Assembly: GCA_004297205.1 (NCBI GenBank)
Contig: SCUL01000001.1
Location: 157,862-221,861 of the forward strand
Length of the DNA stretch: 64,000 nucleotides
Direction: 5' to 3'
Origin: Patescibacteria group bacterium
Lineage (GTDB): Bacteria; Patescibacteriota; Patescibacteriia; 2-12-FULL-57-11
Under the pieces are notes generated by a model, which was not told the origin of the DNA, did not search any database, and was given only the letters and a program-made list of their open reading frames with translations. Of this stretch, positions 55,074 to 64,000 are shown one piece after another (positions within the stretch are counted from its first letter, which is position 1; each line of letters starts with the position of its first letter). The position numbers were made by a program, and so were the translations under genes.

Positions 55074-57166
55074 AGGTCGGACACGTCGCTCAGGAATCCG
55101 CGCTTCTTCGGTTTCGCCGGGACGGGGTCGCCGTTGGCATCGCGTTCGATGGTCTCGTCCGCGTCGGCATCGGACGCATCGTCGGCCCCATCCAAGGTGC
55201 TCCCCCGTTCAATCGTCATGCGCTCCACGGCATCCTCGTCCATCTCCCCCAGAAATGGGGAGGGCTGCATCACCGTCAGCTTATCATAGCCGGCCACCAC
55301 CGGGTACGTGAGCAGCAGCTGCCGCCGGGCGCGCGTGACGGCCACGTAAAACAGGCGGCGTTCCTCTTCGATGCCGTTCTCTTCTTCGTAGGCGCGCGGG
55401 TGCGGAAAGCCCTGGTCCGTGAGGTGCATGACGAACACCACGTCCCACTCCAAGCCTTTGGACTGGTGGACCGTGGAAAGCACGATGCGGTCGCCCTGCT
55501 CGTCTTCTTTGCCGCGCTTGGCGCCGTAATCTTCCTTGAGGGAAATGTCCGTCAGGAAACTTTCGACGTCCTTGGCCTTCTCGGCGAAGGTGGCGAACTG
55601 CTCAAGGTCTTCGAGCCGGTCGCGCCAGTTCTCATGCTCCTGCTCGAGATGGTCGCTGTAGCCGCCCTTGATGACGGCGCGGATGATCTCGGACGGTTTG
55701 GTTTCCTTGCCGAGGTCGCGCAAGATGGCCGAGACGTCCTCCCAGCCGACGCGCGACTTCGGCGTCAGCAGGTCTTCGACCGGCATGGCGCGGACGAGCG
55801 AGAGCGACTCGAGCTGCGTGGTGCGGTCGGCGATGCGTCCGGCCGTGGCCGGCCCGATCCCCGCGAACATGCCGAGGATGCGCATCCAGGCGATCTGGTC
55901 GCGCGGGTTCTGGACGAGCTTCAGGAAGGCAACCATGTCCTTGATGTGGCCGCGCTCGAAGAACTTCATGCCGCCCCGGTAGTCGTAGGAAATGCCGCGG
56001 CGCATCAGTTCGAATTCGAGCGCGCGGGAGTGGTGCGTGGCGCGGAACAGCACGCACATCTGTCCGAGCGGCACGCCTTCGCGCTCGAGGGCCGCCACCA
56101 TGCTACCGATGAAGGCCGCCTCCTCGTCGGCGTTGGCCGCCGGAGCGACCACCGGTTTCGCGAAGGGCTTTTTCACTGCTTTCAGCTCCTTGGGGAACTG
56201 CCGCGTGTTGTTGGCGATGACGTCGTTGGCCACCCGCAAGATTTCCGGCGTGGAGCGGTAGTTGGTGACGAGCCGGAAGGTCTTGGCCTTGGGGTAACGG
56301 TCCGGAAACGACAGGATGTTCTCGATCGTCGCGCCGCGGAAGGCATAAATAGATTGGGCGTCGTCGCCCACGACGAGCAGGTTCTTCGTCGGCCCGACCA
56401 TCTTGTCGACGATCAACCCTTGGAGCGTGTTGGTGTCCTGGTACTCGTCGACGAGCACGTACTTGAACTGGCGGGACAGCGATTCCTGCACCGCCGGATG
56501 CGCGGTCAGCAGTTCCAACCACAACTCGAGCAAATCGTCGAAGTCGACGGCGTTGGCAATCCGCTTTTTGTCGCGATAGACGCGGGCGATGTCCTCGGCT
56601 TGCGCCGCGAACGGCTCCCAGGCCGGATACTTCATGTCGAGCGCTTCCTGGATGGGACGGCGCGTGTTGCGAGAAAATGACAGGGCGTCTGAAAGCACCG
56701 AAGCCGAGGGGACGCGCTTGGCAGTGCCGTCCACGAACAGGTCCTTGGCGGCCAGTTTCATCAGGTCACGGCCGTCTTCCTGATCGAGGATGGTGAAATT
56801 CGGCTGGAGGCCGACCTTGCCGGCGTGGATGCGCAGGAAACGGTTGCCGACCGCATGGAAGGTACCGGCCACGAGCCCCTTCGGGAAGGTGCCGACGAGG
56901 TCGGTCACGCGGTCGGTCATTTCCTTGGCCGCCTTGTTGGTGAAGGTCAGCAGCAAAATGTCGGACGTCGCCACGCCGCGCTCCAAGAGATACGCCACGC
57001 GGTAGGTCACGGTCCGGGTTTTGCCGGATCCGGCGCCGGCCAACACCAGGCAGGGCCCGTCTCCATGCAAAAGGACGTCGAGCTGTTCCCCGTTCAGCGC
57101 CTTCCGGTATTTTTCGGTGTCCACCTCACGCAGCGGCGCCTCGTCGATGCGGTACGTCTTTGGCAT
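55070..57166 (-). CDS. pcrA: UvrD/PcrA SF1 helicase
   Basis: AGAGSGKT, TFTNKAA, DEYQD, GDDAQSIY, STVHQSKGLE, EERRLFYVAVTRA. Confidence 0.93.
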   Translation of the reverse strand: MPKTYRIDEAPLREVDTEKYRKALNGEQLDVLLHGDGPCLVLAGAGSGKTRTVTYRVAYLLERGVATSDILLLTFTNKAAKEMTDRVTDLVGTFPKGLVAGTFHAVGNRFLRIHAGKVGLQPNFTILDQEDGRDLMKLAAKDLFVDGTAKRVPSASVLSDALSFSRNTRRPIQEALDMKYPAWEPFAAQAEDIARVYRDKKRIANAVDFDDLLELWLELLTAHPAVQESLSRQFKYVLVDEYQDTNTLQGLIVDKMVGPTKNLLVVGDDAQSIYAFRGATIENILSFPDRYPKAKTFRLVTNYRSTPEILRVANDVIANNTRQFPKELKAVKKPFAKPVVAPAANADEEAAFIGSMVAALEREGVPLGQMCVLFRATHHSRALEFELMRRGISYDYRGGMKFFERGHIKDMVAFLKLVQNPRDQIAWMRILGMFAGIGPATAGRIADRTTQLESLSLVRAMPVEDLLTPKSRVGWEDVSAILRDLGKETKPSEIIRAVIKGGYSDHLEQEHENWRDRLEDLEQFATFAEKAKDVESFLTDISLKEDYGAKRGKEDEQGDRIVLSTVHQSKGLEWDVVFVMHLTDQGFPHPRAYEEENGIEEERRLFYVAVTRARRQLLLTYPVVAGYDKLTVMQPSPFLGEMDEDAVERMTIERGSTLDGADDASDADADETIERDANGDPVPAKPKKRGFLSDVSDL

Positions 57167-57249
57167 GGCCGCAGCTTACCGGACCCGCGGAAAAAAAAGA
57201 ACGGCGACCCGTCCGGCCGCCGGCGCAGGAGCTGGTCCCGCGTCTGCTG

Positions 57250-58458
57250 CTAGTGGATCGCCGCGGACTGCGGCACGTCGCTGACCGCGCGGACCGGCTT
57301 GAGCGGGACCTCGAGGACGGCGACCAGGATTCCGACGAACTCCTTGGCTTCCTTGAGCCCGCCGTTGGCGAGCGTGCGCCGACCGTCGCGGACCGCGAGC
57401 ACTGCCTCGTCGTAGGGCAACCCTTCGATGCCTTTGAGCTCCGGCACGCGGCTCGCGAAACGGCCCAGCCGGTTCTCCAGCTCCCTGCCGAGGTCCGCCG
57501 GCAACTTCTCGCCGGCCAGCAGCGAAAGGTCGCGGTGGATGGCCCCCAGCTCGACGCGCTCGATCGTCAGGATGACGAGCTCGCGCGCCCGCTCCAGCGC
57601 CTGCCGGAGTGGCTCCACCTTGTGCTCCTTGAGCGCCACGGCGGCCACGAGCATCTGGTCCTCGATTCTGCGCCGCAGCGAGAGGAAGGGCTCCGCGTGG
57701 AAGACCTTCCCCATCTGCGTCAACCGCTCGATCGCCACGCCGATGCGCAGCGCCGGCCGCGAACCACCCGACCACTCGGTGTCGAGCAGCTCGCTCTCCT
57801 TGATGGCGCCCCGGAGCACCTTCTCCACCGCCGTGCAGGTGCGGAAGTGGAGGGTCAGCTCCTGCTCCAGCACCATGAGCTGGAGCGCGAGGCGCGGCCC
57901 GATGCTCCGAATGTCGTCGACGCGGCCGTTGACGCGGCGGAGACCGGCCAAGAGCCGCGCGCAGAGCGCGCCGACGTTACTGCGCCCCTTGCGGTCCTTG
58001 AGCAGCAGGCTTCTGCCGAACTGTTCGAGCGCCTCCTGCTTCCTGGGCAGGCGACTGCCGTCGAGTGCCTCGACGAGCTTGCTGATCAGCGCCTTCAGGT
58101 GGAGCGCGTCCGCCGGCTCGAGCCGACGCACGGCCCGCATGTAGGCGAGCGCGTCCTTCGCCGTGTCGGACGTCGCGAGCATCTTCTCGAGCTCGCCCGG
58201 CTTGACGCTGCCGTTCTCCGGCTCGTAGCCGACGATGGCGTGCAGCGTGCCGCGCTGCGCGGACAGCAGGTCGCGGTACCGGCTGTGGCGCAGCTCGCGC
58301 TTGCCCGGATCCGCGTCGTCCCACTCGCGCCAACGCGGCAGCAGCACGTCGCCCTCGGTGAGCGCGCCCTCGGGCCTCACCACGATGTGGATCTTCGTCC
58401 CGTTCTCCGGCTGGAGCACGAACAGCCGGATCCGGCCGCCGCCCACAATGACTGTCAC
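57250..58458 (-). CDS. Orphan, predominantly helical protein (~402 aa)
   Basis: GTG start after GGGAGG; promoter TTGACC-17-TATCTT; downstream hairpin with T8. Confidence 0.7.
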   Translation of the reverse strand: MTVIVGGGRIRLFVLQPENGTKIHIVVRPEGALTEGDVLLPRWREWDDADPGKRELRHSRYRDLLSAQRGTLHAIVGYEPENGSVKPGELEKMLATSDTAKDALAYMRAVRRLEPADALHLKALISKLVEALDGSRLPRKQEALEQFGRSLLLKDRKGRSNVGALCARLLAGLRRVNGRVDDIRSIGPRLALQLMVLEQELTLHFRTCTAVEKVLRGAIKESELLDTEWSGGSRPALRIGVAIERLTQMGKVFHAEPFLSLRRRIEDQMLVAAVALKEHKVEPLRQALERARELVILTIERVELGAIHRDLSLLAGEKLPADLGRELENRLGRFASRVPELKGIEGLPYDEAVLAVRDGRRTLANGGLKEAKEFVGILVAVLEVPLKPVRAVSDVPQSAAIH

Positions 58459-58537
58459 GGCATGGAATCCTCCCACGCCGTGCTTCCCGTTTCTCGACTT
58501 GTCGAAGGCCAAAATGTCCTTCCTTTCTGTGGAGCCG

Positions 58538-58566
58538 AAGATATCCAAGAAAGACCTTCCGGTCAA
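58538..58566 (-). promoter_or_regulatory. sigma70-type promoter
   Basis: TTGACC-17-TATCTT. Confidence 0.6.
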
Positions 58567-58603
58567 GGAGGGCGAATAAAAAAGAGTCGCTGAACGTTTC
58601 CGT

Positions 58604-59284
58604 TCAGCGACTGCGCTTCGCGAGCGACGCGAGAGCGGCCTCGGCGGCTGCCTTCTCCGCTTCCTTCTTGTTGCGTCCCGTGCCGCGGCCGAATTCCTGG
58701 CCATTCTTGCCGCTGGCGCACACTGCGATCTCGTAGACCGACGCATGGTCGGGCCCGGTCACGCGGATGACTTCGTAGACCGGCGGACGGGAACCCCGCT
58801 GCTCCAGAAGCTCCTGCAGCCGCATCTTGGGGTTCTTCGACTCCCCCATGCGAAGCTGGGCAGCGAAGGCCTTTCGGAACAGATTTCGACAGGCCTCTTC
58901 GCCCTTGTCGCGGTAGACGGCGGCGAAGATCGCAGCGAGGCACTCTTCACGGATGCGGTCGGTGATCGAACCCCCCTGTCCCTTGCCGAGACGGACCACG
59001 TCGTTCAGACTCCATGCCTTTGCCACGCTGACGCGGTCGGCGATCGCGGCGTTCAACGCCTGGGCCGCCGGACCCGGATCTTCTCCAGGCAGGTCCACGA
59101 AGACCTCGGCGCCCAGGAAGTTGAGCAGGTGTGCACCCAGGAACGCCAGCCGGGCGTTGTGCATCGTGCCGGGGTTCTCGTGTGCGAACGAGCGGTGGGT
59201 GAGCGCCTGGACGAGTAGCTCCGGGTCCTCGAACTTCACGCCGATGCGGGATTGCAGCACGGCGAGCTTCTCCTTGTACTCCAC
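58604..59284 (-). CDS. RNase III homologue with degenerate active site and intact dsRBD
   Basis: ALTHRSF; NARLAFLGAHLL versus canonical NERLEFLGD; NPKMRLQE..GPDH..G.G.NKKEAEKAAA. Confidence 0.88.
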   Translation of the reverse strand: MEYKEKLAVLQSRIGVKFEDPELLVQALTHRSFAHENPGTMHNARLAFLGAHLLNFLGAEVFVDLPGEDPGPAAQALNAAIADRVSVAKAWSLNDVVRLGKGQGGSITDRIREECLAAIFAAVYRDKGEEACRNLFRKAFAAQLRMGESKNPKMRLQELLEQRGSRPPVYEVIRVTGPDHASVYEIAVCASGKNGQEFGRGTGRNKKEAEKAAAEAALASLAKRSR

Positions 59285-59320
59285 TGGATCCTCCTTTGGT
59301 TCCGATTCCAGTGACGCGGG

Positions 59321-59349
59321 AGTATGCCCTATTTTCCTGGTTTTGTCAA
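59321..59349 (-). promoter_or_regulatory. sigma70-type promoter
   Basis: TTGACA-17-CATACT. Confidence 0.65.
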
Positions 59350-59351
59350 CC

Positions 59352-60536
59352 CTACAGCACCCGGGCGATGACGCACTTGAGGTAGTTCCCCTCGCGGAAA
59401 TGGATGGGCTGGGGATGATCCGGCCCGGCGCCCCGGAACTCGAGAATCTGCAGCGGCCGCCCGGCCCGGAGCGCGGCCAGATGGAGCATGTTGGAAAACA
59501 ATTCCGGCGTGACGTGGTGGGAACAACTGGCCGTCAGGAAATAGCCGCCCGGCGCAACGAGGCCGATCGCCGCCGCGTTCATCTTCGTGTAGGCCTTGAG
59601 CGCCCGCTCCAGCGACTCAGTGCCCTTAGCGAAGGCCGGCGGATCGAGGACGACGACGTTGAAGCGCTCCCCCGCGCCGGTGAAGCTGTCGATGGCGTCG
59701 AAGGCGTCCATGACCATCCAATCCTCGTTGCGGGAGACGAATCCGTTCTTGAGGACGGTGGCCTGGCCGAGCTCAAGCGCGGCCGCGGAGCGGTCCACGG
59801 AAATGACGCGTGCCGCGCCGCCCGCGAGCGCATTCACGGTGAAGCCGCCGGTGTAAGAAAACAGGTTCAGAACCTGCGCGTTCTTGCAGTAGCGGCGCAG
59901 GGCCACGCGGTTGTCGCGCTGGTCGAAGAAGTAACCGGTCTTCTGTCCGGTATGGACGTTGACCACGGCGCGCAGGCCTTCCTCGAGGATTTCCATCGGA
60001 CCCTCCGGCACGGTGCCGCGCCGCACCCCCACGGGTTCGCCGGTCAGACCGTCCGCCTTGCGGCTGCCGACGTCGGAACGTTCGAAGATGCCGCTCGGAC
60101 TCAGCACCTCCATCAGCGCGTCCAGAATCGTCTCGCGGAAAAAATCGGCCGCGGCCGCCTGGAACTGCACCACCAGGACCGTGCCGTAGCGGTCCACGAC
60201 GAGCCCGGGCAGGCCGTCGCCCTCCGCGAACACCAGCCGGTAGCTGTCGGTGACGCGGCGGTCGAAGAGCGTCTCGCGCAACGCCACGGCCGCGCGGATC
60301 TTGTTGATGAAGAAGGCCTTGTCGACCGGCTCCTGATCGCGCGTCAGCATGCGCACCAAAATCTGCGACTTAGGGTTGTGGAAGCCGCGGCCGAGGAACC
60401 GACCCTCGTGGTCGCGCACGTCAACGACGCCGATCGATGCGGCGTCGCTTTTGCGGCGGTCGATGCCGCCCGAGAAAATCCAGGGATGTTCCGCGAGCAC
60501 GGTGCGTTCGCGACCCTCTTTGAGCGTCACGTGCAT
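59352..60536 (-). CDS. rlmI: RlmI-like SAM-dependent m5C methyltransferase
   Basis: HPWIF, EGDGLPGLVVDRY, GQKTGYFFDQRDNR, LNLFSYTGGF, LDPPAF, YLK. Confidence 0.9.
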   Translation of the reverse strand: MHVTLKEGRERTVLAEHPWIFSGGIDRRKSDAASIGVVDVRDHEGRFLGRGFHNPKSQILVRMLTRDQEPVDKAFFINKIRAAVALRETLFDRRVTDSYRLVFAEGDGLPGLVVDRYGTVLVVQFQAAAADFFRETILDALMEVLSPSGIFERSDVGSRKADGLTGEPVGVRRGTVPEGPMEILEEGLRAVVNVHTGQKTGYFFDQRDNRVALRRYCKNAQVLNLFSYTGGFTVNALAGGAARVISVDRSAAALELGQATVLKNGFVSRNEDWMVMDAFDAIDSFTGAGERFNVVVLDPPAFAKGTESLERALKAYTKMNAAAIGLVAPGGYFLTASCSHHVTPELFSNMLHLAALRAGRPLQILEFRGAGPDHPQPIHFREGNYLKCVIARVL

Positions 60537-60701
60537 AGCTGCCAAAACCAGCATCCGGCACTCAACCCTTGCATCGTCATGTTCATATCTTGGCCGTCAC
60601 GGCCGGTCGCATCACTTGTCCTCCGTACGAACAGTATAACAGCAGCCCCGCCTTTCTGCAGGCGGGGCTGAGAAACCGAGGAGGTCTGGAAGGTCTCCGA
60701 C

Positions 60702-61502
60702 TCACCGGAGTTCCGAACCTTCCGACCCGGACTCCGACGCATCGTCGTCTTCGCTCCCGCCATCATCGACGGCATCGTCGTTCGAATCGTCATCGGCCGT
60801 TTCGGACTCCGACGCCTCTTCCGCATCAGCATCCTCGACATCTTCATCATCGTCGTCGATTTCCGACTCGACCTCGCGGGTCGCCTCCATCGCTTCGTCA
60901 ATGTCGGCCTGCGTCGATGAAGAAAATCGAGCGCGCACCGCCTCGAGCCGCGATTGACTCTGGTCCAAGGACGCGCCCAGCGCAGCGGCGATCCGACTCA
61001 CCGTCTCGGGCGGCAGTTCCGCCAGCGTCTCCTTAATGTCCTGCATGTACTCCTCGACGCGCCCAGCGGCCTCAGAGACCGCTGCCTCATCAAGCGTTTC
61101 CTGATTCTTCGCGAGTGCCTCGATCTCTTCCGCGCGGCGCGCGGCGAAGCGAGTCTTTACATCAACCTTCTTTTCGGATGAGAGGACGAAGGCCTCTTGA
61201 ACGCGTTCTGTTGTGATCTTCACGCCGTAGAGGGCGTCTCCAGGAAGATCGTTTTGTGCGGCTGCAACGGCGGCCCCACCGCCGCCGAGCAACATTGCGA
61301 TAACGAGAAAGAATGCAATCATAGGTTTCCATTGAATGAATAAACCGGGAGTCACGACCATCCCGTGGGAAGAGACGGCGCGAGGAATCGACCGAACGGC
61401 GAGTTCGGCGAGCAACGGCTCGCGCCATGCGCGAACTCGGCCCTCATACCCCCGAAGGGACCGGGCAGAACGGAAGAGTTCCTCTGGAGTGCGTCGCTTC
61501 AT
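60702..61502 (-). CDS. DUF5667 protein, probable anti-sigma factor with acidic tail
   Basis: TM followed by LPGDALYGVK..TE, RR.EEI; coupled to the ECF sigma gene. Confidence 0.8.
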   Translation of the reverse strand: MKRRTPEELFRSARSLRGYEGRVRAWREPLLAELAVRSIPRAVSSHGMVVTPGLFIQWKPMIAFFLVIAMLLGGGGAAVAAAQNDLPGDALYGVKITTERVQEAFVLSSEKKVDVKTRFAARRAEEIEALAKNQETLDEAAVSEAAGRVEEYMQDIKETLAELPPETVSRIAAALGASLDQSQSRLEAVRARFSSSTQADIDEAMEATREVESEIDDDDEDVEDADAEEASESETADDDSNDDAVDDGGSEDDDASESGSEGSELR

Positions 61503-62086
61503 ATGCCGGGAATATGACGCGGCGAATCGGCCTCGACCAGGGCCTGCCGCAGGGCGCGTACCCCCCTATGAAGGGAGACGTAGACGGTCCCTGCATTCTT
61601 ACCGGTAATCCGGGAAATCTCGGAAATACTCAGTTCATCAAAGTACCGGAGGGTCAACACCAGGCGATGGTGTTCGGGGAGTGAAGAAAGCGCCCGGCGG
61701 AGCAAGGATGCGTGCTCACGGATCTCGGTTGCAGCAGCAAGATCCTCTCCCGACGCGACCTCCCACCGTCCATCTTCGCACAGTTCCTCAAGGGAAAGAT
61801 CAGATGACGCGCGCCGGCGGGTGCTGTCGACGAATGCATTCTGCGCGGTGCGGTACAGGAAGGCGCGGAATGCCCGAATGGTATTGCCCGTGCGGAGGTG
61901 TTCCCAAGTCCGTAGGAACGCCTGACTCGTGACATCCTGCGCCGTCTCATGGTCGCCGCTCCGGAAGAGCATGTGCCGATAGACGGGAATCGCATATCGG
62001 TCGTAGAGCATCGCGAAGGCTTCCGCATCGCCGGCTGCAGCGCGCATGAGGAGCGTGCTGTCAGATTCCAAAAGCGGATCGCTCAT
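61499..62086 (-). CDS. ECF RNA polymerase sigma factor
   Basis: GDAEAF..LYDRY, AQDVTSQAF, FLYRTA.N, LSISEIS..G...GTV. Confidence 0.92.
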   Translation of the reverse strand: MSDPLLESDSTLLMRAAAGDAEAFAMLYDRYAIPVYRHMLFRSGDHETAQDVTSQAFLRTWEHLRTGNTIRAFRAFLYRTAQNAFVDSTRRRASSDLSLEELCEDGRWEVASGEDLAAATEIREHASLLRRALSSLPEHHRLVLTLRYFDELSISEISRITGKNAGTVYVSLHRGVRALRQALVEADSPRHIPGI

Positions 62087-62087
62087 G

Positions 62088-63746
62088 CTACCAGGAGCTG
62101 CTTCCGCCGCCGCCGAAACCGCCGCCGGAGAACCCGCCGCCCGACGAGAAGCCGCTCGATCCGGACGCGGCGGAGGAGGCCGGACGGGAGGCGGTGCCAA
62201 CCGTCGAGGCCATGTTGTTGAGGGAGTGGGCCAGCATGTTGGGATTCCACTGCGTGCCGGCGTACCACGACGGCGCCTTGGCGAGCGCGCCGGCGAAGGC
62301 CGCCGCCCACTGCGCCACGACGCCGAAGACCACCGCGTAGGGCAGGTACTGCTCGAACATCCCCTCCTTCTCCTGCCACTTCAGCCGGTCGCGTTCCGCC
62401 GTTTCCAGGAACAGCTTGAAGCCGCGGGCGTGGTCGCGGGCCAGCGCGCCCTTGTGCGTCGCCTTGGGCATGATCTTCCCGAAGACCACGAACAGGATGG
62501 CCACGATGCCGAACGAAATGTATCCGGCGAACCCGAGCGGAATCCAGAACATCAGCACGACGATGGCAATGCCGATGCCGTAGAAAAACTTGCGGACGCG
62601 TTCCGGGTTGCGCACGAAGTACTTCTCGGCGGCGAGGCGCGTGTAGGTTTCATCGGACAGCTCATCGAAGAGTTTTTTGAGCGTGCCCGCGCTTGCCGTG
62701 AGGCTCGTCTCGTCGCCGTCCTTGAAGAGGCCTTCATACAGCCGCTTCTCGACGCCGGAAAGCGCCGTCGGAACCTTGTCCGTCTTCGTGAGCGTCCAGC
62801 CGTCGGATTTCTTTCCCTCGCCGATCGGTGCCATGCGCAGGAACCCCTTCACGGCCAGGGAGACGATGCCGGCCGAGACGTCGCGCGGGTGGACGCGCGC
62901 GTCGAGGAGGGTGCCCAAGGAGACGGGGTCCATGCCCTGCGGCGGCTCGTATTCGGCGATGATGGTATGTCTGCCCTTCGAGTCGCGCCCGTTGAACCAC
63001 CACGCCCCGAACAACAAGATGAACACGAGCACCGGCAGGCCGAACACCGCGTTGTCCCCCACGAACCAGCGCACGCGGTCAAACGCGGTCGGCAGGGCGA
63101 TGACGCCTTTCGGCATGCCGACGACGATGGTCATCGGCTCGCGCGCCGTGAACAACAGCTGGCCGTCGCGTTCGACGATCGAACAGCGCGTATCGTCCGT
63201 GCTTCCGAGCGGCCCGGCGAAGCAGCGGGTCTTGATATCCGAGAGCGCCACGCCCTGCGGCGGCTGGACCGAGGCCGAAACGTCGGCCGGCAGATCTTCA
63301 TGGTTGAAACCGACGACGTTCCAATAGAACTCGTCATGTTCCGGGAAGGCGTTCCACGCGCGCTCCAGCACCGACTTCACGCGGTAGTGGACCGGGCCGG
63401 TCACCTCGACCGCCGCGTCGCCGATCTTCACCTCGAGGTTGTCACCGTTGCGGTTCGTCTCGAACGGAATCGCCTTTCCCCGCGCGTCCGTGACCGAGAG
63501 GACGCGCAAGCGGATGGAGCGGCGGTCGCCGGAATCCGTCCGGTAGCGGACGGGGACTTTCCAGATCAGCCCGTGGCGCGGCACCTGGAAGTCGACTTGG
63601 ATGTCTTCGGTGACGTAGATTGCACCGCCCGGGTCGAAGACGTACGAAGCGTCGAACGTTGAGAATTCGTAGGCCGCCGCGGACGCCGAAACCGGCGCGA
63701 TCACGAGCGCGGCGGCGAATGCGGCGAGGACGAGGCGGAGACGCAT
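62088..63746 (-). CDS. DUF2207 membrane protein
   Basis: VTEDI.VDF, EFYWN, YEPP, YLPYAVVFG, Gly/Ser tail ending in W. Confidence 0.9.
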   Translation of the reverse strand: MRLRLVLAAFAAALVIAPVSASAAAYEFSTFDASYVFDPGGAIYVTEDIQVDFQVPRHGLIWKVPVRYRTDSGDRRSIRLRVLSVTDARGKAIPFETNRNGDNLEVKIGDAAVEVTGPVHYRVKSVLERAWNAFPEHDEFYWNVVGFNHEDLPADVSASVQPPQGVALSDIKTRCFAGPLGSTDDTRCSIVERDGQLLFTAREPMTIVVGMPKGVIALPTAFDRVRWFVGDNAVFGLPVLVFILLFGAWWFNGRDSKGRHTIIAEYEPPQGMDPVSLGTLLDARVHPRDVSAGIVSLAVKGFLRMAPIGEGKKSDGWTLTKTDKVPTALSGVEKRLYEGLFKDGDETSLTASAGTLKKLFDELSDETYTRLAAEKYFVRNPERVRKFFYGIGIAIVVLMFWIPLGFAGYISFGIVAILFVVFGKIMPKATHKGALARDHARGFKLFLETAERDRLKWQEKEGMFEQYLPYAVVFGVVAQWAAAFAGALAKAPSWYAGTQWNPNMLAHSLNNMASTVGTASRPASSAASGSSGFSSGGGFSGGGFGGGGSSSW

Positions 63747-63753
63747 AGCAGGA

Positions 63754-64000
63754 TCAACGCAGGTAGCGTTCTTTATTGGCGACATGCTCGGAAAAGGTCC
63801 GCGCATAGTGCACCTGTCCCTCGGCATCGGTCAAAAAGTAGACGTACGGATTCGGCGTCGGGGCGAGCACGGCCTTGATCGCCGAAAGCGACGGGTTGCT
63901 GATCGGCGAGGGCGGCAAACCACGGTTCTGATAGGTGTTCCAGGGCGAATCGATGTCACGGTCGGCGCTCGAAATGGACGGCGTCTTCTTGCCGGTGACG
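63754..64000 (-). CDS. mltG: Endolytic transglycosylase MltG, 3' part
   Basis: DSPWNTYQNRGLPPSPISNP...YVYFL...YARTFSEH. Confidence 0.9.
   Translation of the reverse strand, partial: VTGKKTPSISSADRDIDSPWNTYQNRGLPPSPISNPSLSAIKAVLAPTPNPYVYFLTDAEGQVHYARTFSEHVANKERYLR

Overview
High-GC, code-11 bacterial chromosome segment with almost all genes on the minus strand. The gene set (alpha2-type GlyRS, archaeal-type UMP kinase, short TsaB, DUF4012, MEMO-CapA fusion, DUF5667/ECF pair, GAGC/GGGC lipoboxes, few Shine-Dalgarno sites) suggests Patescibacteria/CPR, probably Parcubacteria/ABY1 (inference). It holds housekeeping genes (tpiA, glyQS, frr, holB, trpS, mreB, rplJL, pyrH, xseAB, ribA/ribD, metK, pcrA/uvrD, mltG), three tRNAs, a glycosyltransferase cluster and many surface proteins. 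Main unusual signals: (1) a (GA)10 tract that frameshifts the signal-peptide start of a ~1050-aa SGNH-esterase surface protein, a candidate phase-variation switch now OFF; (2) a 104-nt structured insert between tRNA-Thr and a 20-bp copy of its 3' end; (3) an integrase-less 1.3-kb islet at tRNA-Tyr carrying a variant peptide deformylase; (4) an RNase III homologue lacking its catalytic acidic residues; (5) scattered orphan genes with shared TTGACAAAACC promoters and strong SD sites; (6) a three-repeat orphan splitting xseA from xseB; (7) several palindromic repeat families, one copy in-frame inside a protein; (8) unannotated small membrane proteins. No CRISPR array, integrase or transposase was seen.
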